From assembly GCA_041674125.1 (NCBI GenBank), contig JBAYWJ010000001.1:1-44655 (forward strand): a DNA stretch of 44,655 nt, written 5' to 3'. The notes under the pieces were generated by a model. The model had not been told where the DNA came from and did no database searches. It was given only the letters and a program-made list of their open reading frames with translations. This DNA is from Kiritimatiellia bacterium. GTDB taxonomy: Bacteria > Verrucomicrobiota > Kiritimatiellia > JAAZAB01. Made by a program: the position numbers and the translations under genes. Positions 24,957 to 33,061 of this stretch are shown piece after piece; positions within the stretch are counted from its first letter, which is position 1; the number at the start of each line of letters is the position of its first letter.

Positions 24957-25034
24957 CAGCCTGGGCATATCCGTGAAATCCGTGTAATCAGTGGTGAATA
25001 TTGGGTTGCGGGTATAGGCCACGTTAGGAGGAAC

Positions 25035-26375
25035 ATGAGCGCCAAGAAGCAGCCGAATATCATCGTCCTGGTCAGCCACGACACGGGCCGGCATATCGGC
25101 CCCTACGGCATAACAACGGTAAAAAACCCAAACGCCGACCGTCTTGCCGCGGAGGGCTTCATGTTCACCAGTTCTTTCTGCACCGCGCCGGGCTGCTGTC
25201 CCTCCCGCGCCGGTCTCTTCAGCGGCCGCTCGCCGCACGCGGTGGGCATGCTCGGCCAGGCCGGCGCCTGGGCCGGATTCCGCTTTTCGGCGGATGCAAC
25301 CCATGCCGCCACCCACTTCAAAAAACTGGGTTACGAAACAATGCTTCTTGGGCTGGCGCATGAAGTTGCCGGGGCCGGCTGCCACGAGTCTTATTTTGAC
25401 GGCATCGGCTTCGATATCCTCCGGCATGACGGCGGCCGATTGTTCGCGAAGGACTTGCGGACAAAAATGCCGGCCATCCTGGATGCGCGCAAGGCGCCGG
25501 AAAAGCCTTTCTACCTCCAGATCGGCACGCAGGAAACCCACACGGGCTATTTACGCGACGGCGTCACCCCCTTCGACGAGCTGGGGGTGACGATCCCGGA
25601 TTCACCCGTGCTGGACAAGAACGGGCCCGGAACGCGCCGGCAGTTCGCGGAGCTCCAGGGCGCGGTCAACCGTCTGGATGAAGGCCTGGGGCACATAATT
25701 GCTACCTTGGAACAACGCGGGCTGGCCGAAAGCACGATCCTGGTCAACACGACCGATCACGGCCTGCCGATGCCCCGGGAGAAAACCACGCTCTACGACC
25801 GCGGGATCGGCGTTTACCTGATAATGCGCTATCCTGGAGTGTTCCCGGCCGGCCAACGCAGCGACCACCTCATCAGCAATATCGATGTGCTGCCGACCCT
25901 AATCGAGGCCGCCGGCGGCACTCCTCCGCCGGAGATCGAGGGGCGCAGCTTGTATCCGCTCCTGACCGGAGGAAACTACCGGCCGCGCGAGATGCTCTTT
26001 GCCGAGAAAACCTACCACACTTCCTATGACCCGCTGCGCTGCGTGCGCACGAAGAAATACAAGTACATCTTCAACTTTGAATCCGTGACGCCCGAAAATT
26101 ACTGCCTCGACATATTCAATAAGCCGGTGCTGCTGGAAAGCCTGGGCAAGATGCCACACGGCCCCAACCGGTTTGATGAGCTCTATGACCTTGAGGCCGA
26201 TCCGGGCGAAGCCAGCAACCTGGCCGAAAAATCCGAACACCAGGAAACGCGCAAGCGCCTGGCCACAGAGCTGGTAAAATGGATGGAGCAGACCGGCGAC
26301 CCGCTTTTGAAGGGGCCGGTGGCCTCGCCGCGTTTTTACGACAAACTTAACTGGCTGAAACAGCAAAAAGGATAA
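25035..26375 (+). CDS. Cys-type sulfatase, no signal peptide
   Basis: AGGAGGAAC RBS. PNIIVLVSHDTG, the motif C-C-P-S-R-AGLFSGR, TTDHG, and C-terminal ELYDLEADPGEASNLA. Confidence 0.9.
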   Translation: MSAKKQPNIIVLVSHDTGRHIGPYGITTVKNPNADRLAAEGFMFTSSFCTAPGCCPSRAGLFSGRSPHAVGMLGQAGAWAGFRFSADATHAATHFKKLGYETMLLGLAHEVAGAGCHESYFDGIGFDILRHDGGRLFAKDLRTKMPAILDARKAPEKPFYLQIGTQETHTGYLRDGVTPFDELGVTIPDSPVLDKNGPGTRRQFAELQGAVNRLDEGLGHIIATLEQRGLAESTILVNTTDHGLPMPREKTTLYDRGIGVYLIMRYPGVFPAGQRSDHLISNIDVLPTLIEAAGGTPPPEIEGRSLYPLLTGGNYRPREMLFAEKTYHTSYDPLRCVRTKKYKYIFNFESVTPENYCLDIFNKPVLLESLGKMPHGPNRFDELYDLEADPGEASNLAEKSEHQETRKRLATELVKWMEQTGDPLLKGPVASPRFYDKLNWLKQQKG

Positions 26376-26400
26376 TTAAATGATAAGGAATTTCAAAGTT

Positions 26401-26539
26401 GCCACAAAGAGGCACAAAACCTGCCCACAATGGCTACCTGCCCACATCGCTACGCGAAGTGTTGCGGGCGGGCGCCACAGGCGTTGCAGGCGGGTTCACA
26501 AAATAATATTTTTGTGTTCTGCTTGTGCTTTTTTGTGGC
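26401..26539. repeat. MITE/REP-like intergenic element bounded by 16-nt imperfect inverted repeats
   Basis: gccacaaagaggcaca (26401-26416) matches the reverse complement of tgtgcttttttgtggc (26524-26539) at 14/16 positions. Internal features are the direct repeat cctgcccaca x2 and the hairpin cacaaaa-taatat-ttttgtg. Confidence 0.45.
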
Positions 26540-26607
26540 TAATTATCTTTCATGCCACAGGCAGATGCGCCTATGGCGGAAAAAGCTGCGGTGTTGCCGC
26601 CTAATTT

Positions 26608-27906
26608 ATGCACTACGAAAGCAAAGACTTGAAACTTCTGGATGACCGGGTCACAGACCGGCTCGGCACCATCACGCTGGCCGACATTCCCGACCCGCAG
26701 CCGCGCTGCCCCGCGCGCCTGGAAGGAACCACGCCCATCCTGGAACGGCTCTGGCGCGTGGCGCTTGACGATGCCGAGTCCAACATCCGGGAGACGGAGC
26801 TTGGAAAATATTTTGCCGGCGGCGCCAAGTTCGGCGCGATTGTTTTCACCCGCGACATTTCCTACTCGGGCATACTCGGCCTCAACCGGTTTTACCCGGA
26901 CATCATGCGCAGCGGGCTGGATGTAACCCGGCGCGTGCATTGGGATACAGGCTTTGCCGTCACCCCCGGCCACGCCGTTCCTGCCATTGACGTCCCGTGG
27001 GAGGAAACCGGCCTGGACAACACCGCCTTCAAGGATCGTTACCACACCAACTGCTACAGCCGCCGGACGGATGACGTTATCTGGCTCTGGGCCGCACGCG
27101 ATTTGTTTTCCCTTGGCACAACGTCCCGTGAAGATTGGACTTGGCTGTATGACTGGGGCATGAAATTCTTCGAGCGTTTTTACCGTCCTTTCTTTGATCC
27201 GGTTGACGGTCTTTACCGCGGGCAGGTCAGTTTTGTGGACGTGACCTGGCCGGAGCGCGGCCGGGCGACGAGCGGATACCCGGCACACTACACAGTCGAG
27301 GATTGCCTCATGATCAAGGCCTCCTCAACGAACGCGCTTTACCTCAAGGGCCTGCGCGTCATGGCCGAAGCCGCGGAAACCATCGGGCGCAAGGATGAAG
27401 CGCGCAACTGGACGGAAAGGGCGGAAAAACTTAAGGGCGCGATCCAAAACAACCTGGTCGCCAAAAATGGCCGGATCGCCTGCTACAAGGACCGGCACGG
27501 GGACCTGTCGCCGCATTCAGACGCCCTTGGAACGGCGCTTTGCATCCTTCACGACGCTGTTGACAAATTAACCGGCGCGGAATCCGCACGTCGTTATCCG
27601 AAAACACCCATCGGTATCCCGCTCTTCGACCCGTTTTGGCCCAACGACCTCATGTACCATAACAATTCCAGCTGGCCTTTCGTGGACGCCCTTTTTCTTT
27701 GGGCTGCGGAGAAGGTCCTGGGCGAATCGCAGGCCGCTTACAACCTGGCGCTGCTGGCGCGGGTGGTGAAGCCCGACGGTTTCCACGAGCTGGTGAATAT
27801 ACGCAGCGGCGCCGTCATTGGCAGCTGCCACCAGCTCTGGTCGGCAGCCGCTTTCATCAACGCCAGCCGGCGCGCGGGCCTTACTATACGCGGGAGGTCA
27901 ACATGA
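26608..27906 (+). CDS. Six-hairpin (alpha/alpha)6 glycosidase-like protein (GDE_C/GH63/GH15-like), no signal peptide
   Basis: IVFTRDISYSGILGLN and MYHNNSSWPFVDALFLWAAEKV resemble the RD...  and YHNG.VWP motifs of amylo-alpha-1,6-glucosidase-type barrels. The assignment is from memory only. Confidence 0.5.
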   Translation: MHYESKDLKLLDDRVTDRLGTITLADIPDPQPRCPARLEGTTPILERLWRVALDDAESNIRETELGKYFAGGAKFGAIVFTRDISYSGILGLNRFYPDIMRSGLDVTRRVHWDTGFAVTPGHAVPAIDVPWEETGLDNTAFKDRYHTNCYSRRTDDVIWLWAARDLFSLGTTSREDWTWLYDWGMKFFERFYRPFFDPVDGLYRGQVSFVDVTWPERGRATSGYPAHYTVEDCLMIKASSTNALYLKGLRVMAEAAETIGRKDEARNWTERAEKLKGAIQNNLVAKNGRIACYKDRHGDLSPHSDALGTALCILHDAVDKLTGAESARRYPKTPIGIPLFDPFWPNDLMYHNNSSWPFVDALFLWAAEKVLGESQAAYNLALLARVVKPDGFHELVNIRSGAVIGSCHQLWSAAAFINASRRAGLTIRGRST

Positions 27907-28934
27907 AATCATCACAGGAGAACATACGCCTTGGATTTGTGGGTTTGCGCAATAACGGGTTGCACCATCTGCGCCTGGCGCTGGAATTGCCCGGCGTGGA
28001 CGTTGCCGCCCTGGCCGATACCGACGCCGGGCGGCTGAAGTCGGCCGCGGCGCTTGCGGGCCGCGATGCCGTGCCTTATGATTCCGCCCAGAAGCTTTTC
28101 GGGGCTCCGGGCGTGGATGCGGTGGTGCTTTCATTGCCCAATTTTCTGCACGCTCCCATGGCGATCGCCGCCATGCGGCAGGGCAAGCATGTCCTCGTGG
28201 AAAAACCCATGGCCATTAACACGGCCGAGGCCCGCGAAATGATCCGGGTGCGGGATGAAACCGGAACGCGGCTGATGGTGGGGATGAACCAGCGCTTCAA
28301 CCCGTACACGGTGGCGGCGCGCAAGGCAATTGCCGCGGGCGCCATAGGGGAGGTGCAGCAGTGCCGGACGCGCTGGCTGCGCATGCGCACGGAGTTGTGG
28401 GGCGGGGCGCGCGGAAACTGGTGCCTGACCCCGGAAAAATCCGGCGGCGGGCCCCTGATGGACCTTGGCATCCACAAGCTGGACCAGGCGCTGTACCTGG
28501 CGGGAGGATTTCATCCGGTCAGGCAAATCGCCGGCTTTGCGACTTACGGCGTGGGCCGTAAGTCGGCCGCCGCGTACGGGAAGGCTTATGAAATCGAGGA
28601 CTATGCCTTCGGGTTAGTGCGTTTTGGCGATGGTCTCGTTTTGACGGTCGAGGCCAGTTATTTCCTCAATATTCCCGGGGAAACGCAGGACACGGTCATC
28701 ATCGGCACTGAAGGCTCAGTGCACCTGGCGCAGGGCAAGGCGACCTTGATGACCATGTCCGGTGACGACTTGGTTTCAAGGGAGCTCGAGCCGGACAAGC
28801 AGACAGCCAAATCCTGCGTGGAACACTTCTGCCGGGTGCTGCACGGGCACGAGTCTTTGATCCCGACGGCTGAGGAGGGACTGCGGGGGCTTGAGATCGT
28901 GGAAGGGATATATGCCGATGCGCAAGCCAGGTAA
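27903..28934 (+). CDS. Gfo/Idh/MocA-family NAD(P)-dependent sugar oxidoreductase
   Basis: Rossmann start IRLGFVGLRNNGLHH, the conserved KHVLVEKPMA (EKP motif), and a C-terminal alpha/beta domain. Its ATG overlaps the stop of the upstream gene (ATGA at 27903-27906), implying translational coupling. Confidence 0.85.
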   Translation: MKSSQENIRLGFVGLRNNGLHHLRLALELPGVDVAALADTDAGRLKSAAALAGRDAVPYDSAQKLFGAPGVDAVVLSLPNFLHAPMAIAAMRQGKHVLVEKPMAINTAEAREMIRVRDETGTRLMVGMNQRFNPYTVAARKAIAAGAIGEVQQCRTRWLRMRTELWGGARGNWCLTPEKSGGGPLMDLGIHKLDQALYLAGGFHPVRQIAGFATYGVGRKSAAAYGKAYEIEDYAFGLVRFGDGLVLTVEASYFLNIPGETQDTVIIGTEGSVHLAQGKATLMTMSGDDLVSRELEPDKQTAKSCVEHFCRVLHGHESLIPTAEEGLRGLEIVEGIYADAQAR

Positions 28935-29008
28935 AGCCCGTTGTAACGTTAAGATCGGGCAACAAAAACCGGTACTTCGGTACAAAATTCAGGAAGGAGT
29001 GTAAACTT

Positions 29009-31969
29009 ATGATCAGTTCCATAGAAAATTTCAGAACCCATAAAAGGGCGCTGGTCTTTCTCCTGTTCGGCTTGACGGTTGTTGGACGACCGGTGATGGG
29101 CGCGGAAACATTCATCGTCAGGGATGGCAAGGCCAACGGCGAAATCGTCATTGCCGCGCAGCCCGCGCGGACCGTGCGGCTGGCGGCGGCCGACCTGCAG
29201 GGCTACATCCAGAAGATCACCGGCGCGCGGCTGCCGATCGTCACCGAGCCGGGCGGCAAGGGGAGCGTCAAGCTTTTCGTCGGCCGCAGCCCGCATACCG
29301 ACAAGCTCGGCGTCACCGCCGCTGGGCTGAAGCACGGCGCCTATTGCCTCCGCTCGGGCGATGACTGGCTGGCCTTCATCGGCGACGACACGGACTTCGT
29401 TCCGCCCGAGATTTGGGCGCGCCGAGGCGGTGACGCCAAAGAATATGAGCGGGTGCAGAAAGAGTGGGAAGCCGCGTCCGGCGGTCCCTGGCTGGCGCCG
29501 GCTGTTGCCGGCCACATGTGGAAGAATCGCCGCCATGTGCCGGCCGAAGTTGGCCTGCCCGACGCGGCCACCCGCCCCGGCAAGGGACAGACCTTCGAAA
29601 TGTGGACCTACGACGAGCGGGGATCGTACAACGCGGTCGCCGCCTTTCTGCAGGAGCTCGGCGTGCGCTGGCTGATGCCGGGCGAGCTGGGCGAGATCGT
29701 GCCCAAGATGAAATCAATCGCCCTGCCGCGGACCGACCGGACCGTTCGCCCCGACTTTGAAATCCGCGCCTTCCATCTCAATATGGGGGAATGGACCTTC
29801 CGCCTGGGGGCGCGCGACCCGTTTAGGGCGTGGACCGAGCACGGCATGAGCCTTTTGCAGCGCGAGGAAATATTCGAAGCCCACCCGGAGTGGTTCGCCC
29901 TGTACGGGGGCAAGCGGGACATCAGGCAATTCTGTTACTCGAGCGAGGAGCTGTTCCGGGAAACGCTGCGCTGCGTCCGGGCTCAGTTCGACGTGTACGG
30001 CTTCGAGGGCGTTTCGGTGATGCCGCCCGACGGCTACACCGCGATGTGCCAGTGCAAATTGTGCGAAGGGAAAGATGATCCCGGTCGCCCCCTGCTGGGC
30101 AGGCACTCGAACTATGTGTGGGGCTTCGTAAACCGCGTGGCGAAGGAAATCGCCAAAACTCACCCGGGCAAGCTCATTTATAACCTCGCGTACAATTATT
30201 ACAGGCTGCCGCCGACGAACATCGACAAGCTCGAGCCGAACGTGCAGGTGATCCTCTGCGGCGGGCGCCATACTCCGGGCCTTCCCGCGGCCGGGCAGGC
30301 CGAGCTCCGCGCGTGGCGCGAAAGCTGGCTGCCGAAAACAGACCGCCCGCTCGAGATGTATGAGAACTATCCGTGGACGAGCCGCGGCCACTACAAGCCC
30401 TGCTTCGCGGCCCGGACCATCGGCCAGGACATCAACGCCACCAAGGGCATTTCGCGCGGCGAAGGAATCCACATGAATGCCATGCAGAAAAAAAACGCCG
30501 GCAGCGACGCCTTCAACGCGTTCCAGATTTACTTCACGGCGCGCATGTACTGGGGCGGCAGGGAGCAAAATCCCGAAGAGCTGCTCGACGAGTATTGCCG
30601 CCTGCTCTACGGCCCGGCCGGGGATGAAATGAAGGCTTTTTTCAACTACAGCGAAGCGAACTGGCAGGACATGGAAAAGGACAAGGCGAAGGTTGACGCG
30701 GCGCTTACCCTATTCGACGGAGCTAAAGCGAAACTGGAGCCGGAGAGCATCGAGGCGCGGCGCCTGGCGCCGCTCGACCAGTTCCTGAACGGCTTGCGGG
30801 AGAAGTCGGCGCAGCTGGGGCAGAAGCGCGGCGTGGTGCCGTCGTTGCGCCTGGTGGGCGAGGCCAATGGCATCGTCATTGACGGACAGCTTGACGAGCC
30901 GTTCTGGCAACAGATCAACACCGGTTCCACCGGCCGGCTGCGCGAGGTGCAAACCGGCCGGTGGCCAGCCCTGGGGACCTCGGTGAAGGCCGGCTGGTAC
31001 GGCAACAGCCTGTACTTCGCCGTCCGCTGCGACGAAGTCCCCGGTGAGAAACCGAACGTCACGGCGGACAAGCACGACGACATGGGGATTTTTTATGGCG
31101 ATGTCGTCGAAATTCTGCTGGAAACAAGCATGCATTCCTACTACCAGATCGCCGTCAACCCGGCCGGGGTGGTGTGCGACCTTGACCGCGCGAAGGGAAT
31201 CTCCGAGTGGGACTCCCTGGCCGAGGTCGCCGCGCGCGTGGCCGACGACCACTGGGCGCTCGAAATTCGCATTCCCGTCACCGATAACGCGGATGACCCC
31301 CTGCACCAGGTCATGGGCCGCGCGCCCTCGATCAGCCTGCCGTGGTTTTTCAACGTTTGCCGCCAGCGCCAGCGCGAAAACGGGGTTGAGCACTCGGCTT
31401 TTTCGCCGGCGGGAAAGAGCGGCTTTCACCACCCGATGAGCTTCGCGCACCTGTACACGGGACTCTCGCACAAATTCGAGGCCGACCTGACCGTGACGAA
31501 TTTCCCTGGCGCGCTCAGCGCGGCGGAGAAGTTGCCGAAGGCCGAGTCACTGACGGCGCTGGTCGCTTTGGCCGAGGGGTCCCAGGGCAAGCTTTCAGAG
31601 CTCCAGCAGTCTGAAGCGCTGAAGCAGGCGGCCGCCGTGGCCCGCGCCTTGAAGGACTTCTCCCGCGCGGACGAGCTCGCCGGGCGCATTCCCGTCGAGG
31701 CGGTGAAGAAGACCGTGCTCATGCACAACCTGCTCGACCAGAAGAAAGCGGCGGAGGTGATTGAGAAGCTCGGCCAGGAGGACATCGCCGCCTGGCCATT
31801 CTGGGCGGTCGGCGAAGGATACTTTGCGCGCGCTCGCGCCTATGCCGCCACCGGCGACCGGGCCAGGGCCGAGTCCGATTTCAAGGCGGCTCTTCCGCTC
31901 ACCGGCGATCCACGCGTTCGAGAAGCGATTCTCAAAGCCCTCCGTGAGCTGACCGGCGAGGCGAAATAA
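29009..31969 (+). CDS. Secreted DUF4838-like / CBM9-like protein with an extra ~165-aa helical (TPR-like) C-terminal extension (paralog 3)
   Basis: AGGAAGGAG RBS and a signal peptide. FIVRDGKANGEIVIAAQ, ERGSYNAVAAFLQELGVRWLMPGELGEIVP, HPEWFALYGGKRD, FCYSS...MCQCKLCEGKDD, IDGQLDEPFWQQ, PWFFNVCRQRQR, MSFAHLYTG. It then continues where the other paralogs stop. Confidence 0.85.
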   Translation: MISSIENFRTHKRALVFLLFGLTVVGRPVMGAETFIVRDGKANGEIVIAAQPARTVRLAAADLQGYIQKITGARLPIVTEPGGKGSVKLFVGRSPHTDKLGVTAAGLKHGAYCLRSGDDWLAFIGDDTDFVPPEIWARRGGDAKEYERVQKEWEAASGGPWLAPAVAGHMWKNRRHVPAEVGLPDAATRPGKGQTFEMWTYDERGSYNAVAAFLQELGVRWLMPGELGEIVPKMKSIALPRTDRTVRPDFEIRAFHLNMGEWTFRLGARDPFRAWTEHGMSLLQREEIFEAHPEWFALYGGKRDIRQFCYSSEELFRETLRCVRAQFDVYGFEGVSVMPPDGYTAMCQCKLCEGKDDPGRPLLGRHSNYVWGFVNRVAKEIAKTHPGKLIYNLAYNYYRLPPTNIDKLEPNVQVILCGGRHTPGLPAAGQAELRAWRESWLPKTDRPLEMYENYPWTSRGHYKPCFAARTIGQDINATKGISRGEGIHMNAMQKKNAGSDAFNAFQIYFTARMYWGGREQNPEELLDEYCRLLYGPAGDEMKAFFNYSEANWQDMEKDKAKVDAALTLFDGAKAKLEPESIEARRLAPLDQFLNGLREKSAQLGQKRGVVPSLRLVGEANGIVIDGQLDEPFWQQINTGSTGRLREVQTGRWPALGTSVKAGWYGNSLYFAVRCDEVPGEKPNVTADKHDDMGIFYGDVVEILLETSMHSYYQIAVNPAGVVCDLDRAKGISEWDSLAEVAARVADDHWALEIRIPVTDNADDPLHQVMGRAPSISLPWFFNVCRQRQRENGVEHSAFSPAGKSGFHHPMSFAHLYTGLSHKFEADLTVTNFPGALSAAEKLPKAESLTALVALAEGSQGKLSELQQSEALKQAAAVARALKDFSRADELAGRIPVEAVKKTVLMHNLLDQKKAAEVIEKLGQEDIAAWPFWAVGEGYFARARAYAATGDRARAESDFKAALPLTGDPRVREAILKALRELTGEAK

Positions 31970-32049
31970 TGGTTCAACGAAAAAAGCTGAGGATCGGAAT
32001 CATCGGTGCCGGGAACGGATATGTATTGAAAGGCGGAAATATATCATAA
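31969..32049 (+). pseudogene. 26-codon relic of a second Gfo/Idh/MocA oxidoreductase gene
   Basis: MVQRKKLRIGIIGAGNGYV... is a canonical Gfo/Idh/MocA N-terminal Rossmann opening. Its ATG overlaps the TAA of paralog 3 (TAATG). The frame runs into AT-rich repeat sequence and stops at 32049. Confidence 0.6.
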
Positions 32050-32203
32050 TCCTATGAGATAATTTCAAAACTAAAAAGACACGGCGGCTGAGCGCCGTGA
32101 CTACAAAATAAAATCGTTGATTATAAATGTATTATGCTGTAGCCGCCCCGCTCAGTCGGGGCGTCCCGTTGAGTTTTGAAATTACCTCATATAATAATCC
32201 TAT
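32046..32203. mobile_element. MITE-like element: 17-nt terminal inverted repeats, a flanking 10-nt direct repeat and internal paired hairpins
   Basis: gagataatttcaaaact (32056-32072) matches the reverse complement of agttttgaaattacctc (32172-32188) at 16/17 positions. ataatcctat occurs at 32046-32055 and again at 32194-32203. Inside are the hairpins cacggcg-gctgag-cgccgtg and gccccg-ctcagt-cggggc, arranged as an inverted pair around an AT-rich centre. No transposase is present. Confidence 0.5.
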
Positions 32204-32220
32204 ATGAAAGGAAAAGGCCC

Positions 32221-32943
32221 ATGAGCAAATACGGCTATGACGACACCCCCGTGATTCCCGGCTCGAACTGGAAGGTCCATGATTCACGGCGGCCCCTGCC
32301 GCGCGCCGTGGCCGCGCCCGCCGCTTCGGATCATTCTGCCCCGCCGCCTTCCGACGCGGTGGTTCTTTTCGACGGCCGCGACCTTTCCGGCTGGGAAACC
32401 TGCGAAGGCAAGCCGGCCGGCTGGAAGGTAGAAAATGGTTTCATGGAAGTCGTGCCGGGGAGCGGCTCCATCCGCACTAAAAAGGCGTTCGGCGACTGCC
32501 AGTTGCACTTGGAGTGGGCCGCCCCGGCGGTGGTCGCGGGCGAAAGCCAGGGGAGGGGCAACAGCGGCGTCTTCATGATGGGCCGCTACGAAATTCAGGT
32601 GCTTGACAACTACGAGAATCCGACTTATGCCGACGGCCATGCCGGATCTATCTACGGCGAATTCCCGCCCCTGGTCAACGCCTGCCGCAAGCCCGGCGAG
32701 TGGCAGACTTATGACATTGTCTGGCAGGGGCCACGCTTCGAAGGCGAGCGGCTCATCCGGCCCGCCTGCGTGACGCTGCTGCATAACGGCATGCTGGTCC
32801 AGGATCACCAGGTGCTGATCGGCCCAACGTCGCACCGCAAGGTGGCCCCCTGGGTGCCGCATCCCCCGGAAGGCCCCCTTGTTCTGCAGGACCACAAGAA
32901 CCCGGTGCGCTTCCGCAACATCTGGTACCGGCTGGCGTTTTAA
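32221..32943 (+). CDS. DUF1080 (3-keto-disaccharide hydrolase family, concanavalin-like) protein
   Basis: LFDGRDLSGWE...WKVENGFMEV...GSIRTKKAFGDCQLHLEW...GNSGVFMMGRYEIQVLDN...GEWQTYDIVW...LLHNGMLVQDH...LVLQDHKNPVRFRNIWYR is the DUF1080 pattern. ATG 32221 follows GAAAGGAAAAGG. Confidence 0.85.
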   Translation: MSKYGYDDTPVIPGSNWKVHDSRRPLPRAVAAPAASDHSAPPPSDAVVLFDGRDLSGWETCEGKPAGWKVENGFMEVVPGSGSIRTKKAFGDCQLHLEWAAPAVVAGESQGRGNSGVFMMGRYEIQVLDNYENPTYADGHAGSIYGEFPPLVNACRKPGEWQTYDIVWQGPRFEGERLIRPACVTLLHNGMLVQDHQVLIGPTSHRKVAPWVPHPPEGPLVLQDHKNPVRFRNIWYRLAF

Positions 32944-33061
32944 AGGTTTTCCGGCAGCACGAAGGAATAATGATGGCCGATTTCACAATTTCCTCTGCCG
33001 CGGATAACTGCGCCTGAATAATTTTGGCCACAATAAACAGGTTAAAAAGGAGACATGACAA

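Noticed and set aside
26421-26447. Short direct repeats (cctgcccaca x2), considered as a possible CRISPR or iteron array
   Set aside because: There are only two 10-nt copies separated by 7 nt, inside a larger inverted-repeat element. There is no regular repeat-spacer periodicity anywhere in the window.
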